From: Balanoglossus misakiensis | Lineage: Eukaryota > Animalia > Hemichordata | Direction: 5' to 3' | Length of the DNA stretch: 64,000 nt | Assembly (NCBI GenBank): GCA_040954595.2 | Contig: CM082597.2 | Span: 912,886 to 976,885, forward strand | Shown here: positions 13,359 through 24,157 of the stretch, one piece after another | How the letters are laid out: each line of letters opens with the position of its first letter | How positions within the stretch are numbered: position 1 is the stretch's first letter | Notes under the pieces: generated by a model | What the model saw: only the letters and a program-made list of their open reading frames with translations | Databases searched by the model: none | What the model was told of the DNA's origin: nothing | Program-made: the position numbers and the translations under genes

Positions 13359-14237
13359 AAAGACGAAACTATTAAAACACTACAACAGCATGTCAGCACT
13401 GCCAAGGAAAAGCTCCTTCAAATTGAGATCGAACAGGAACAGAGACAAGACAGCGGATGTGACGCAGATATGTCGTCATCAAGCATGCAGGACGACAACG
13501 AACAAGGAATGGAAAGGAGTCAGAAAACTGACGCGCAGCCGCAGAGGCGGAATTCCAGAAGGAGGCTATCATGGGAGAAAATACAGAGTCTTGATTGGTT
13601 GATTGGCAGGCGGAGAGGCAGGGATAGAGACAGCGTGGCCAGTAAGCGAAGTTTAACGTCATTAAAAAGCTGGAAGCAATTCAAAGAAGCGCGAAATTCA
13701 ATCGCAGACGATTTACACAAGGCACACAACATCACTACGAATTTAAGACAATCAATATCACGTGACTTGAGTCGGTTAAGGCGAAGACCTGTGTCTGTGT
13801 ATACTAATGAGGAGATTGAGAGACAGCTTGCAGACAATCTGAGGAACTGTTACGGTCTGACCGAGGCTGATGCTGATTCTATGGTCAGTGCACCGTACAC
13901 TTGTACGTACGAAAATCCATCCTTCGTACGAGGATGCAACGCAGATGCCCCGGATGAGGACGACCTATACTGCAGTTGCAGCTGCGGACACCAACATAGC
14001 AGGACATCCAGTTTCCGGTCATACACCAGCAGAAATTCCTGTCGTTCAATTGGCAGTTGGACATCACGTGGCACTAGGAACTCCATCCCCCGACGCCACT
14101 CGTTGCCGAAAAAGTATCGCTTCGGCGAATCAGACACCGCGAGCGAGGACAAAATGGTGCGGGAGGTCGTGACCCCGGAAGTTGTGAAAAGTGCCGTCGC
14201 TATGACCAGACAGATTGGCACAGACACGTATGTGTGA
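13359..14237 (+). CDS. GPR156: GPR156-like terminal exon (coiled coil + long disordered tail); whole protein about 661 aa
   Basis: Acceptor ttttacag. KDETIKTLQQHVSTAKEKLLQIE continues the heptads and is in frame with the track ORF 13470-14237, ending in TGA. Confidence 0.85.
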   Translation, partial: KDETIKTLQQHVSTAKEKLLQIEIEQEQRQDSGCDADMSSSSMQDDNEQGMERSQKTDAQPQRRNSRRRLSWEKIQSLDWLIGRRRGRDRDSVASKRSLTSLKSWKQFKEARNSIADDLHKAHNITTNLRQSISRDLSRLRRRPVSVYTNEEIERQLADNLRNCYGLTEADADSMVSAPYTCTYENPSFVRGCNADAPDEDDLYCSCSCGHQHSRTSSFRSYTSRNSCRSIGSWTSRGTRNSIPRRHSLPKKYRFGESDTASEDKMVREVVTPEVVKSAVAMTRQIGTDTYV

Positions 14238-14725
14238 TGACATTGCTATGGAAACGTAAAAAACACAATCATGCGACTGCCACTTTTTTCAGGATAGACG
14301 TTCTGCTATCAATTTTACAACGAAGACAATTTCATACCTCCAGGAAAACTATGCATCAATCCAACTCCAACAATATATAATTTTTCGATACATTCTCTTG
14401 TATGTCCATATACGTAGTCCAAACTTTGAAACAATATTTATGCAAATATGATCACGATGTAAAAACCTAAAGACTTTGTATTTATGTACTGAACTTTGTA
14501 ATATATCTATTTTATATTTTCGAAAAGATACTTTATTCTCAGAGAAAATACACTTAAAACTAGACTGCTCCAGTTTTAATCTAAAGTACGAATATTTTAA
14601 ACCAACCGGCACTAACATATCCTGTTGTAGAACATAGGGATTATTTCCTCATACCAACACCAATCCAACAATTCATGGTTGCACAGTAAATAGGAAAAGG
14701 TCATTCGTTGAGAAAATTTATAATC

Positions 14726-14932
14726 AATAAAAAGCTATTTATGTTAATAAAATCGATATGCAAGTAACAATCTAAATGCCATTGACCTTTGTAATCTATG
14801 ATGAATACTATGATTTGACTCCGAACTTGTAACACGGCAAGACTTATAATTATTTAGGTTATCTGATAACCTGTATAAGTCTTATATGTAGTGAACAGAA
14901 GTACTTGAAGTACAGTCTGGTATGGAAATAAA
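14726..14932 (+). terminator. Candidate poly(A) signals of the GPR156-like gene
   Basis: AATAAA at 14726, 14746 and 14927 within an AT-rich 3' UTR. Confidence 0.45.
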
Positions 14933-16025
14933 CTTTCTGCTAGAAAGCGGTCATTTGTAAACATTGCACAACGAGCAGTGAGTTTATTACTAGTATTTCT
15001 CTCAGTCGACGCCTATACTGTTTAGACCTCAACGCGACCTTGGGTCAACAACTAAAAACAGCAGAATTCGATCATGTGATAACAGAGGGCGCTACTCAAC
15101 TCAACCACCTGTTTGATTGTATTCCACTCACGTTATACAAAAAAATCCCCTTTAGTAAATGTTATGAAGTTGAACGACTTTATCCCTGAGTCAGATTAAA
15201 GTCGTGTGAAAGTATTTTGGGAAGTAATTAGAGAGTTTTACAAACAAGAATAGAAACACGCGAACTATAATTCTAGTTAAAATGTTTACTAAATAAATAT
15301 TCTCCCAGTCAAACAAAATATACAAGTATGTATAGTCACCGTGACTTAAATTGAACAACATTTATCAAAAGATGTCTGATTGTCCAAGGAAGTGAATAAA
15401 TTATCTAGAAACTGCCAGATTGTCTCGGAACTGTCACTTCTCTCTTTCTCGATCGCTTACGAAAACAAAATGTCGAATGCATGGCAGTCTGCAAGTGAAA
15501 GCCTCTTGGGCTTTTTAAAAACCATTTTACGATTTTGTACGCATCAGAGTTTAACGACAACCAAGATGGCCTTAAACAAGATTAATAGCACACGGATTAA
15601 GATTTCTCAAAACATCAACGCATAACTTTGAAATCAGTGAAACAAATAATAAGATGATACAACAACCAACATTGTAAATGAGTTTGTTTTCATCTGACTT
15701 AAAAAACAACAGATATATCATAAAATTCATCTCCAAGTTCTCTCACAAAGCATAAAATCAGAAGATCTCTTGATTCGCGTTCCACTTTGGGAGTGCTGGG
15801 ATTTAATGAAATTGGCCTATCAGCAGGTACGTTCTTTGAGTACTAGGTAAGTAAAGTTAAAGTTGCGTTAAAAAGATTGTCAGGGGAAAGCAAATTGATA
15901 CCAAACTATTCCATGAGAAATTGCAGTATTTGACTATTTTAACCTCTAGGAATAAACTTTGAATAAAGATAATAGAGATCTGCCGTTACAGCTAAACTGT
16001 CTAACGTTATTCACAAATCATGACC

Positions 16026-19000
16026 TCAACAAAATATCGCGTTGTATTTACTTTCACGCCAAAAACGATACATCTGAGGAACCGTCAGAAATCGAGTCAC
16101 AAGAGAATTCTTGTAGTCACAACTTCCTCTGCCTCTGGCACTCAGATCAAAGCCCGCCACCTCAGTCGGAACAAGCTCCATTTTCTCCAAAAGAACGCCT
16201 ATATACACATCTTCCCACATGAGAGGGGGTGTTTCAAGAGCGGTGGAGTAGAGTTCTTTCACGACATCGAGAGACATAATATAAGCCGGGCCTTCCACGT
16301 AAGTTGGGAATCTTGTATGTGGCCATACTTCATTGGGCGTGTAGTACTCACTTTTAGAATCCCTGTTCGGCGCGTTACCACGGAGCACGCCCCCACCGAT
16401 GAACCGATTCCGCGGCGCAAACTCTGAGATGTATCTTACGATATTCTCATATTTCAAGAAAGTCCCGTCGTCCGTTCGCATGACGTAGGCAGCGTCGTTG
16501 CAGAATTTGGCTGCCCATTGCAACATGGCTATCGTCTTGAAAGTAGTGTACTGGGTACCGTCTTGAAAGTCGACCAAGACAATATCACTGAAGGAGGCGG
16601 ACTCCTTGTGAACCTCCGCCATATGTGATAAATTTGAAGTCTTTCCCAGAACGAAGAGATGTACGATTTTAATGTCCTCCTCGTGGTAAACTCGACCCCA
16701 GGTTTCGCGTATCGCTTTCCTTTCTTCGAAATTTCCTGGCAGACTGCCGATCAGAATGACAAACAATTCAGAACTTGGTGATTTCATTTTTGGACAGAAT
16801 TCCACTTGGTCTATCAAAATTTTGTACTCATTCGAACTTGTGACGTTCTCCTTGTAGTAAAATGGCGTCAAGTCTCTAGACTGTTGATCGTCGATGCAGA
16901 CGACATCCTTTTCGGCGTTAAGGCGGTACCAGTATCTGTACATATCGTGTGCCTGTACTTTGTGAGTGGCGATTGCTTTCCGAATTTCGCAGAGCGATCG
17001 GAAAACACCGGCGATATCAAACCGCGTGTCTCGAACAGGGTACACACCGATCTTTTGCAACAGAATACCGACATAAACGTCCTCGTTCACGAATCTTTTT
17101 GAATCAAACGAAGCTCTGTGAAGCGTTTGGGCGACATCTGAAGACATGAAATAGCAAGGACCCGCGTTGTATGGTGGGAAGGGACGATCAGGCCAAAGGT
17201 CAAGCGGGGTGTAGTTCTTGTGTTTCGGATTTCGTACAGCTGACTGTGCGTAATAAGTACGCCCCCATGAATATTCAGTAGCAGGGGCTTCGCGGAGCGC
17301 GGTGACGACATTTTCAATGTTCACTAATACGTCATCATCAACTTTCATGACGTATGAAGTCTGCCTGCAATGTTTGGTCACCCACTTCAACATCATGGCC
17401 GTCTTCAGCGTCAAGTTTGAATAGGTGTCATGGAAACTGCACTGGACGATGTCGCCATGATACTCGTTTTCCATAATCAGTTTTCGCTGGACATCACTGT
17501 CGTGCGTCTTGCCGATGAAGAACACGTGACTCATTGTAAAGTCTCCCCATTGGCGCTGCAACGCCCATGTTTCCCTGACGGATTTCCGGCGACCGAAATT
17601 TGCTGCCGAGGTCATCACCACAGCAACTAGGTCAAGTCGACCGCTAACATTCTGACACACGTTTGCTCCATCGATAACAAAGTCGTAATCGTTCGGTTTG
17701 ACTAAATTCTGGAAACAGGACACGTTCAAACTGGCTTGTAGTTTTTCATAACACTCGGTTATCGCCCGTGGACTATGGACGTTCCAGGTGAAGGAATTTC
17801 GCATGTAGCAAACATCCGGGACACCTGACACCGGATAAACGAGAAAGTCCGAATGCCGATGGGGGATAATCGATAATTCCCTTAGCAACAGCCCAAAGAA
17901 CACGTCTTCCCATGGAAACAGCTTGATGTATAGCGACGTCACATATGTTTGGTAGGCCACATCAGATGAAAACACATATCCCCTCCCCTCGGGATAGTTC
18001 GGGTACCTATCCTCGGGAAAGATTTCCTTCGGGGTGTAGAATGAGCTCTCAGGATTTCGAATTGGCCGAGATTCCTGCAAAACGTGTCCGATAACCAAAT
18101 TTGTTTCTTTCACAAAAGAGTTCGTTAAAAAGTTGACAATATTTGTCGTCTGCACGTAAGTCGTCACCCTTGTCTTCATGAAGTATTTGGCATTTTGGCA
18201 GTAGAGTGTGGCCCATTTCAGCGCCATGATGGTTTTCAAAGTCAAGTTGCCATAGCTACCGGTATCGACGAAGTCTTCCATAACGATGTCTCTATATCTG
18301 GAGTTCTCTCTCCGGATATAATCCTCGGTGAAACGTTTCTCCGATTCCTCAGGGGTTCCCATCAAGAAAACGTAGTCAACAAACACTTCGCCAATCTTGT
18401 GATCGTTCGCCCAAGATGACCGTATCGTGTGCCGGAAAGACTCTTCGTTCGGAGCGGTAACTATCAGAACAAAAAGTGTTAATTTATTCCCGTGCTTGGC
18501 ACACCTGTTCGGATGATTGATTACAAACTTGTAGTTATGTTTGTTGACAATTGTCCGGTTTGAAAATCTGCCGTTGAGCGTGACGTCAATTTCCCTCATC
18601 GGCGGATTGATCGGGACAAGGTCATCGTAAACCGGTTCTTCTGGTGGTTGGTTTTGTGTCTGGCAGTTCTCGAAAGTGCCATCCAGAATATTTCTACTGA
18701 TATACAGCATGGTTTGACTGGTGAATCCTCTCGTTGCTAGGACCGAGTGTAAACCACAGATGCCATTTTCGTCGTTTGTCACGCTGAGGGCGTTAGAATC
18801 GAAGGCGTCGTCGTGAACCGTCGCGATACTGAGCTGTCTGAGTACAGCACCAAAGTGAACATCCGGGAATTTAAACAGTTTGCCGCGTTTTGATGCCTCC
18901 ACCATTTTGCCGACAACATCCATTGACATGATACAAAATGGCGGACTGCATGATGGAGGGTAGAAGTCCTCAGGCCATTCTGTCCTTGACACGTAATATG

Positions 19001-22000
19001 GACTTTCAGGGTTTCTTTCCGGCTTCACCGACTTTAAAACTTGTCCTGTGACGTAACCAGAATCGGGTGACTCCACAAGGTGCGCGACAACCGCCTCGAT
19101 GTTCACAAACACGTCATCTTCAACTTTCATGACGTATTTCGCAGATTTGCAGTGATTATAAACCCACTCGTATGCCTTCACGTGCATAAGCGTGTTGTTG
19201 TGATTTTCATAAAACCTGGACAGCATGACGTCACGATAAAGTTCATCCTCGTGGAGGAGAGTGGAATGGAAACTTTTTCGCGGGTGATCGCTGATGACAA
19301 ACTGTGCCAAGATTCTCCTACCCACGGCCAGTTCTTTATTTGCCCATACGAAACGCGAGTAACGTCTGTTGTCATACTGGCCTGCCTTAGTCATCACGAG
19401 TATAACTAAAAACACCGGACTTCCCCGCGATTCGTGGTACTCACAACGAGGGTGACTTGTCCAAAAATTGTCGTCCGCGAGAATATCGTCTTTTCCTGGA
19501 ACGGCAAAGCTGTTAGCGCCCACCGGTGGGTTGATGAACTTGGGTCGAATTTTGTCCAAATACGGACTAGCGCAGCTATCTTTATTGATGTTCTCTTGCA
19601 GTAAGGTCCAGTACTTTCGATACATGGGTGCCGTAAAATGGTGCGATGCAATGGCGGCATGTAGGGAACACGGAGTGCGGTAAATGCCGTAAAGGTCGTA
19701 ATGGATGTGAGGATATGGCGCAACGTTGAGTTTATTCACAAGATGTCCAACGTAGACGTCCTCCCATTTAAATATTCTCACTCTCTTCGACATTTCATAA
19801 GCTCTGGTCACGACATCCATAGACATGACGTAAGACGGTCCTGAAATGTATGGTGGGTACATTCTACTCGGCCAAATGTCACGTGGGGTGTACCATTTAT
19901 AAGTTTCTGTGTGTGACGGCCCAGTGCCAATTCTCACCTCGCCTAGATACAAATCCTTCCGCGGAGCATCTTCTAAATACTCTGCCAGATTGTTGTAGTT
20001 CAAAAACACGTCATCGTCAACTTTTGTAAAGTAAGCCGCATTGGTACATCGATGGGACACCCACTGTAGCATGGTCAAAGTTTTCAACACCAGATGTTCG
20101 TACGATTCCTGGAAATTGTATTGGATAATGTCGCCATACTTTTTGTTTTCTGATTCAATTTTCCTCTGAACGATGTCATCTTTTGGCATGCCGACGAAAA
20201 ATAAAGTTTCGATTCTGTAGTTCGGCAAGCTTTTGTCGTACATTCCCCAAGTCTGCCGTATGGCTTTGCGTACATGAACATTGGATGGGTTGGTCATAAC
20301 ACAGACAACAATAAATATCTCATCTTTTTTACCGTCCGTTTTCGCGCATTTTTCGGGATGATCCAAAACAAGGAAAGGTATAGTACCGTTCGCTTTAACA
20401 TCCATGCCTATAACTTGGCCCTGGTCTATCACAATATTGTCAACATGTTCAGGGTCCGGGGACGAGGCTCCTTCGCAGACGACAAATTCTCCCCATTCCA
20501 CAAGCTCTCTCCAAAATTGGTACATTTTGTCTTCATGCACCCAATGTGTGGTCACGACTTCTTTTAGCTCACACAACGAGCGTTTCTTCCCGAAGCTGTC
20601 AAAACCGGGATGGTGAATCGGCTCAACGTTGATATTTTCCAAATTGATTCCAAGATAAACATCTTCAAAGCGGAAAAGTTTGATTCTCAGAGCGGACAAA
20701 CAGACGTCCTTCGCGACGTCATAGCTCATGACGTAACTGGGGCCATTTGGGTAGGGAGGGTAGGTATCATACGGCCATTCCTCTTTTGTCACAAACCACT
20801 TCTTGTATTTCGGATCTCGCAGTGGCTTCGAATCTTTGTGAACATAAGCAAGTACATAACGAGATCTCGGCGCCTTGATGAGAATACTAATGAGATTATG
20901 TAAATTAATGAAAACGTCATCATCAACTTTCATGACGTACCTGGCATTGGGACAATAGAGGGTCGCCCATTTCAACAACATGATCGTTTTCAGAGTTAGA
21001 TTTTGATAATTGTCCATCATATCAACGACGACAATATCGTCAAACTTCTTACTTTCATCCTCTATTTGCCGATCTGTGGATGATGATGTAGTTCGTCCGA
21101 CAAGAAAGATTTGAACAATCCTCTTTCCTAGAAATTCACTGCGCTTTCCTCTTGTGTTTCGGATGACCTCTCGCTCTTTATACTTAGTGGCACCAGAGGG
21201 CGTTATCAGCAACAAAAACACCTCCTGGCCAAACTTCTCAGGATTGTCGTCCAGAGTACAGATGGTTGGAAAATTCACCGGAAAGGAGTAGTTGAAATCG
21301 TTCACAACTTTGTCCAGACTGGCCGCCTTTCTATACATGGAGGACCACAAAGCATTGTCTGAGTTCGACCTATCGCAAAGTGCGCCATCAAGAGTTCGCA
21401 AACCATGCCAATATCGTTCCAACATATCGTCATCTTCTTCAAATTTTCCGGAGACTAACGCCGTTCGAAGGTCACACATTTTTCGACGGCTTCCGTGGAT
21501 ATCAAAGTTGACATTGTTCGTTATTGATATCTGCAGTCGTTCCAAAATAATCCCGATGTACACGTCTTCAAAACGAAATGTTCGGATTGTCAGCGCTTCG
21601 GTTGTACCACGAATAACAACATCTCCAGAAAGCAGGTAAGTAGGTCCTTCCATATAGGCTGGGTAGGTCGCTTTGGCCCACTGGTCGGTCGGCACATACC
21701 ACCGACTGTTGGGATTTCGAACGGGACCTGTACCAATCCGTGCCCGGCCAGTAGCATAGTTCGTTTTCGGTGCGTGTGACAGATGGTCTAATAAATTCTC
21801 CTTGAGTACAATTGTCCGAACGTCTGTTTTGAGAAGATACTGCAAATTGTCACAATGGCGTTTCACCCAATATAACATGGAAATCGTTTTCAGCGTGTCG
21901 TTTTCAGGCGAGTCCAGGAAATCCCCTTGCACAATATCACGGTATTCTGAACTTTCCATTAACACCGATTCCTGTACACTGTTCGCGTTTGAAGAACCGA

Positions 22001-22502
22001 TCATGAACAACACAATAACGTCTTCACTATCGATGAAATCCCGCATCCAGGTCTCGCGCACAGTATTCCGCAAAGCGCCCTCTTCCGGCAAGGAAACCAC
22101 AAAAACGACCAAAGACACCGATTCGGTCCGTGAGCATCTTTGGTCCGAGTTGATAAGAAAAAATTCCAAGTTTTCATTCACATAAAATGAAAAATTACTA
22201 ACTGTGTACTTTAAATTCTGTAACTGTGTAGTCCTGTTGAGTAGATTCCGATGTTTGGAACCTCCTTCGATAACAATATTGCGGTGTTCAGTTAAACTTC
22301 TTGTAGTCGGTATGTTCCGTTTTTCAAACGTCCTAACCAGAGGTCGTTGCCATGGGTACGGAATATCACTAGGTCGGTGGCCGCCGGACAAAGAATTGGT
22401 CCAATAGAGAAGCACCAGAGAATTGAACGCGGAGATCGCGATCACCAGCAGTAGATAGCGCCTTCCCAACTGACTTATCCGACGCAGAAAGCTCGTTGCC
22501 AT
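16026..22502 (-). CDS. 2158-aa type II membrane protein with seven tandem GT31 (Galactosyl_T, B3GALT/B3GNT-like) domains, single coding exon
   Basis: Uninterrupted 6477-nt ORF with an N-terminal signal-anchor (YLLLVIAISAFNSLVLLYW). Seven repeats of about 290 aa carry R..IR.TW, NLTLKT, K.DDD, YPPY..G..Y and EDVY.G motifs or recognisable variants. Approximate spans: D1 22140-21375, D2 21260-20475, D3 20350-19570, D4 19450-18665, D5 18505-17715, D6 17660-16895, D7 16800-16029. Confidence 0.95.
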   Translation of the reverse strand: MATSFLRRISQLGRRYLLLVIAISAFNSLVLLYWTNSLSGGHRPSDIPYPWQRPLVRTFEKRNIPTTRSLTEHRNIVIEGGSKHRNLLNRTTQLQNLKYTVSNFSFYVNENLEFFLINSDQRCSRTESVSLVVFVVSLPEEGALRNTVRETWMRDFIDSEDVIVLFMIGSSNANSVQESVLMESSEYRDIVQGDFLDSPENDTLKTISMLYWVKRHCDNLQYLLKTDVRTIVLKENLLDHLSHAPKTNYATGRARIGTGPVRNPNSRWYVPTDQWAKATYPAYMEGPTYLLSGDVVIRGTTEALTIRTFRFEDVYIGIILERLQISITNNVNFDIHGSRRKMCDLRTALVSGKFEEDDDMLERYWHGLRTLDGALCDRSNSDNALWSSMYRKAASLDKVVNDFNYSFPVNFPTICTLDDNPEKFGQEVFLLLITPSGATKYKEREVIRNTRGKRSEFLGKRIVQIFLVGRTTSSSTDRQIEDESKKFDDIVVVDMMDNYQNLTLKTIMLLKWATLYCPNARYVMKVDDDVFINLHNLISILIKAPRSRYVLAYVHKDSKPLRDPKYKKWFVTKEEWPYDTYPPYPNGPSYVMSYDVAKDVCLSALRIKLFRFEDVYLGINLENINVEPIHHPGFDSFGKKRSLCELKEVVTTHWVHEDKMYQFWRELVEWGEFVVCEGASSPDPEHVDNIVIDQGQVIGMDVKANGTIPFLVLDHPEKCAKTDGKKDEIFIVVCVMTNPSNVHVRKAIRQTWGMYDKSLPNYRIETLFFVGMPKDDIVQRKIESENKKYGDIIQYNFQESYEHLVLKTLTMLQWVSHRCTNAAYFTKVDDDVFLNYNNLAEYLEDAPRKDLYLGEVRIGTGPSHTETYKWYTPRDIWPSRMYPPYISGPSYVMSMDVVTRAYEMSKRVRIFKWEDVYVGHLVNKLNVAPYPHIHYDLYGIYRTPCSLHAAIASHHFTAPMYRKYWTLLQENINKDSCASPYLDKIRPKFINPPVGANSFAVPGKDDILADDNFWTSHPRCEYHESRGSPVFLVILVMTKAGQYDNRRYSRFVWANKELAVGRRILAQFVISDHPRKSFHSTLLHEDELYRDVMLSRFYENHNNTLMHVKAYEWVYNHCKSAKYVMKVEDDVFVNIEAVVAHLVESPDSGYVTGQVLKSVKPERNPESPYYVSRTEWPEDFYPPSCSPPFCIMSMDVVGKMVEASKRGKLFKFPDVHFGAVLRQLSIATVHDDAFDSNALSVTNDENGICGLHSVLATRGFTSQTMLYISRNILDGTFENCQTQNQPPEEPVYDDLVPINPPMREIDVTLNGRFSNRTIVNKHNYKFVINHPNRCAKHGNKLTLFVLIVTAPNEESFRHTIRSSWANDHKIGEVFVDYVFLMGTPEESEKRFTEDYIRRENSRYRDIVMEDFVDTGSYGNLTLKTIMALKWATLYCQNAKYFMKTRVTTYVQTTNIVNFLTNSFVKETNLVIGHVLQESRPIRNPESSFYTPKEIFPEDRYPNYPEGRGYVFSSDVAYQTYVTSLYIKLFPWEDVFFGLLLRELSIIPHRHSDFLVYPVSGVPDVCYMRNSFTWNVHSPRAITECYEKLQASLNVSCFQNLVKPNDYDFVIDGANVCQNVSGRLDLVAVVMTSAANFGRRKSVRETWALQRQWGDFTMSHVFFIGKTHDSDVQRKLIMENEYHGDIVQCSFHDTYSNLTLKTAMMLKWVTKHCRQTSYVMKVDDDVLVNIENVVTALREAPATEYSWGRTYYAQSAVRNPKHKNYTPLDLWPDRPFPPYNAGPCYFMSSDVAQTLHRASFDSKRFVNEDVYVGILLQKIGVYPVRDTRFDIAGVFRSLCEIRKAIATHKVQAHDMYRYWYRLNAEKDVVCIDDQQSRDLTPFYYKENVTSSNEYKILIDQVEFCPKMKSPSSELFVILIGSLPGNFEERKAIRETWGRVYHEEDIKIVHLFVLGKTSNLSHMAEVHKESASFSDIVLVDFQDGTQYTTFKTIAMLQWAAKFCNDAAYVMRTDDGTFLKYENIVRYISEFAPRNRFIGGGVLRGNAPNRDSKSEYYTPNEVWPHTRFPTYVEGPAYIMSLDVVKELYSTALETPPLMWEDVYIGVLLEKMELVPTEVAGFDLSARGRGSCDYKNSLVTRFLTVPQMYRFWRESKYNAIFC

Positions 22503-24070
22503 GGTGCTGTAGTGAAGATGTCAATGATTCTGCGCAGTAACAGTGTTATGGTATACCAGGTTTACATCCGAAGCCATCGGTCATGGATCGAGTTTTTCCC
22601 CATTTCTGCAGAATACAGAGAACATTTACAAAACTCGCATACAGACATCTAAGATCGCCGAGAATTCTGAGCTGACCTACATCTATTGGGTAACCACGTT
22701 TCCCTCAAATCGATTTGATATTGACAACTTTAAACGCATTTCGCTCTGCCTCAGAGAATGAGTCGAACTATGAATTTTGGCACGGAATACATGTACTTCT
22801 TGGAGTCTTGCCGAAGGAACAAAATGTAACAGTGTCCTGGGAATTTCAAAGATGGCGTTCTCACTTTCTTCATAGGTAAAGGTCGCGAAGTCTTACATTG
22901 GTAGTCTTCAGAAACAAAATATCGCGTATGCCAATATGAGAGAAAATGTACTTCCAACTTTCAACTGACAGCATATCGTTATAAGCTTACACAAGCGTCA
23001 TGTACAATTAACTCTGTGTTCGTGGGCTTTGGAGCAGATGAGCGCAAAAAGCATGGCACAATAAGTGTCTAATATTATCCATTAAATATTTAATTGAACA
23101 ATGGAATGAACGGTACCAGTAATTATATTGATTTTGCCATATGGTCAGTAGGTTTTTATATTTGCATAACAAATGGAATAATTGTATGACCCCACTTCGT
23201 TAATTGCAATATTATTTGAGTAGAAGCGAATCAATTGTCTTGGTCAATTTTTGAGTTTGCAATAAAATGGTTTTTAAAACTGACTGGCGTAGATAAATCT
23301 AAATAAACTAAAGCTATATTCTAATGATCCAGGACAGATACTAATCGCCTATATTATCTCACAACCGTATAACATTATAGAGTTTAATCTGCCTATTTTA
23401 TCTCATGCCGCGACTAATGTGTGTGGTACTAAAGAAAACATTAACACGAACGAAGGAGCGACATCGACAAGATCAAACCAACTATTTTATGGATTTACAG
23501 AATAAGGCAAATCAAACAAGAACACGAAGGCCACAAACCACTAACAGCGATAACCTTAAGGAGCCATCAAATAAAGCCATTCTCACTGGACAGAATTTAT
23601 TTTGAAGCAGCAAATGGTTGGGCAGGTATGTGGGTCATTGGACACGTTCCACATGGACATGGATGTGACGTCTTGCCATTTAGGGGCGTTGGCATTTTTA
23701 GTTTGCTAGTGGGCACATTGTCACGGTGTGCGCCAATGCCGTGTTGGGGACATTTCGCATGGTATGTAAGCCCAACTGGAAGAGGGAGTGTCTTGTACTT
23801 CAAGGACGTTTGAAGGTATGGCGGAATCTTGTTTTATTCTACACGACCTCCAGTACTCAAGTTCTATATCACGACTTTGGGACGTCTGGTGGGACAGACA
23901 GACGGGGAATGGAGATACACACACACACTGTGTGGAGGCACAGAGACCGTACACTGAACCCCGCATATAAACGCGACTCTGACAACATTATACTCGACAG
24001 GCGAAAGTTGCGTGTGCTTTTATAGACACAGCATGCCTGCAACTTGTGAAACACTTAATGTTCCACTTAC

Positions 24071-24157
24071 CGGTCGGAGTGTTATGGTCGCTCTGGAATT
24101 CTTGTAATCACCAACAGGACGTCTTGACCTCGGACCGAATATATTCATCGCTGATTC
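24071..24157 (-). other. Candidate 5' UTR exon of the 7xGT31 gene
   Basis: Minus-strand acceptor (tgtctctcttcag) and GTAAGT donor flank this segment. The coding exon has its own acceptor (ctctgtattctgcag) at 22606. A further GTAAGT donor lies at 25653. Confidence 0.5.

Noticed and set aside
16020-22407. Many plus-strand and alternative-frame ORFs overlapping the 7xGT31 gene
   Set aside because: Shadow ORFs of a long coding sequence with no recognisable motifs.
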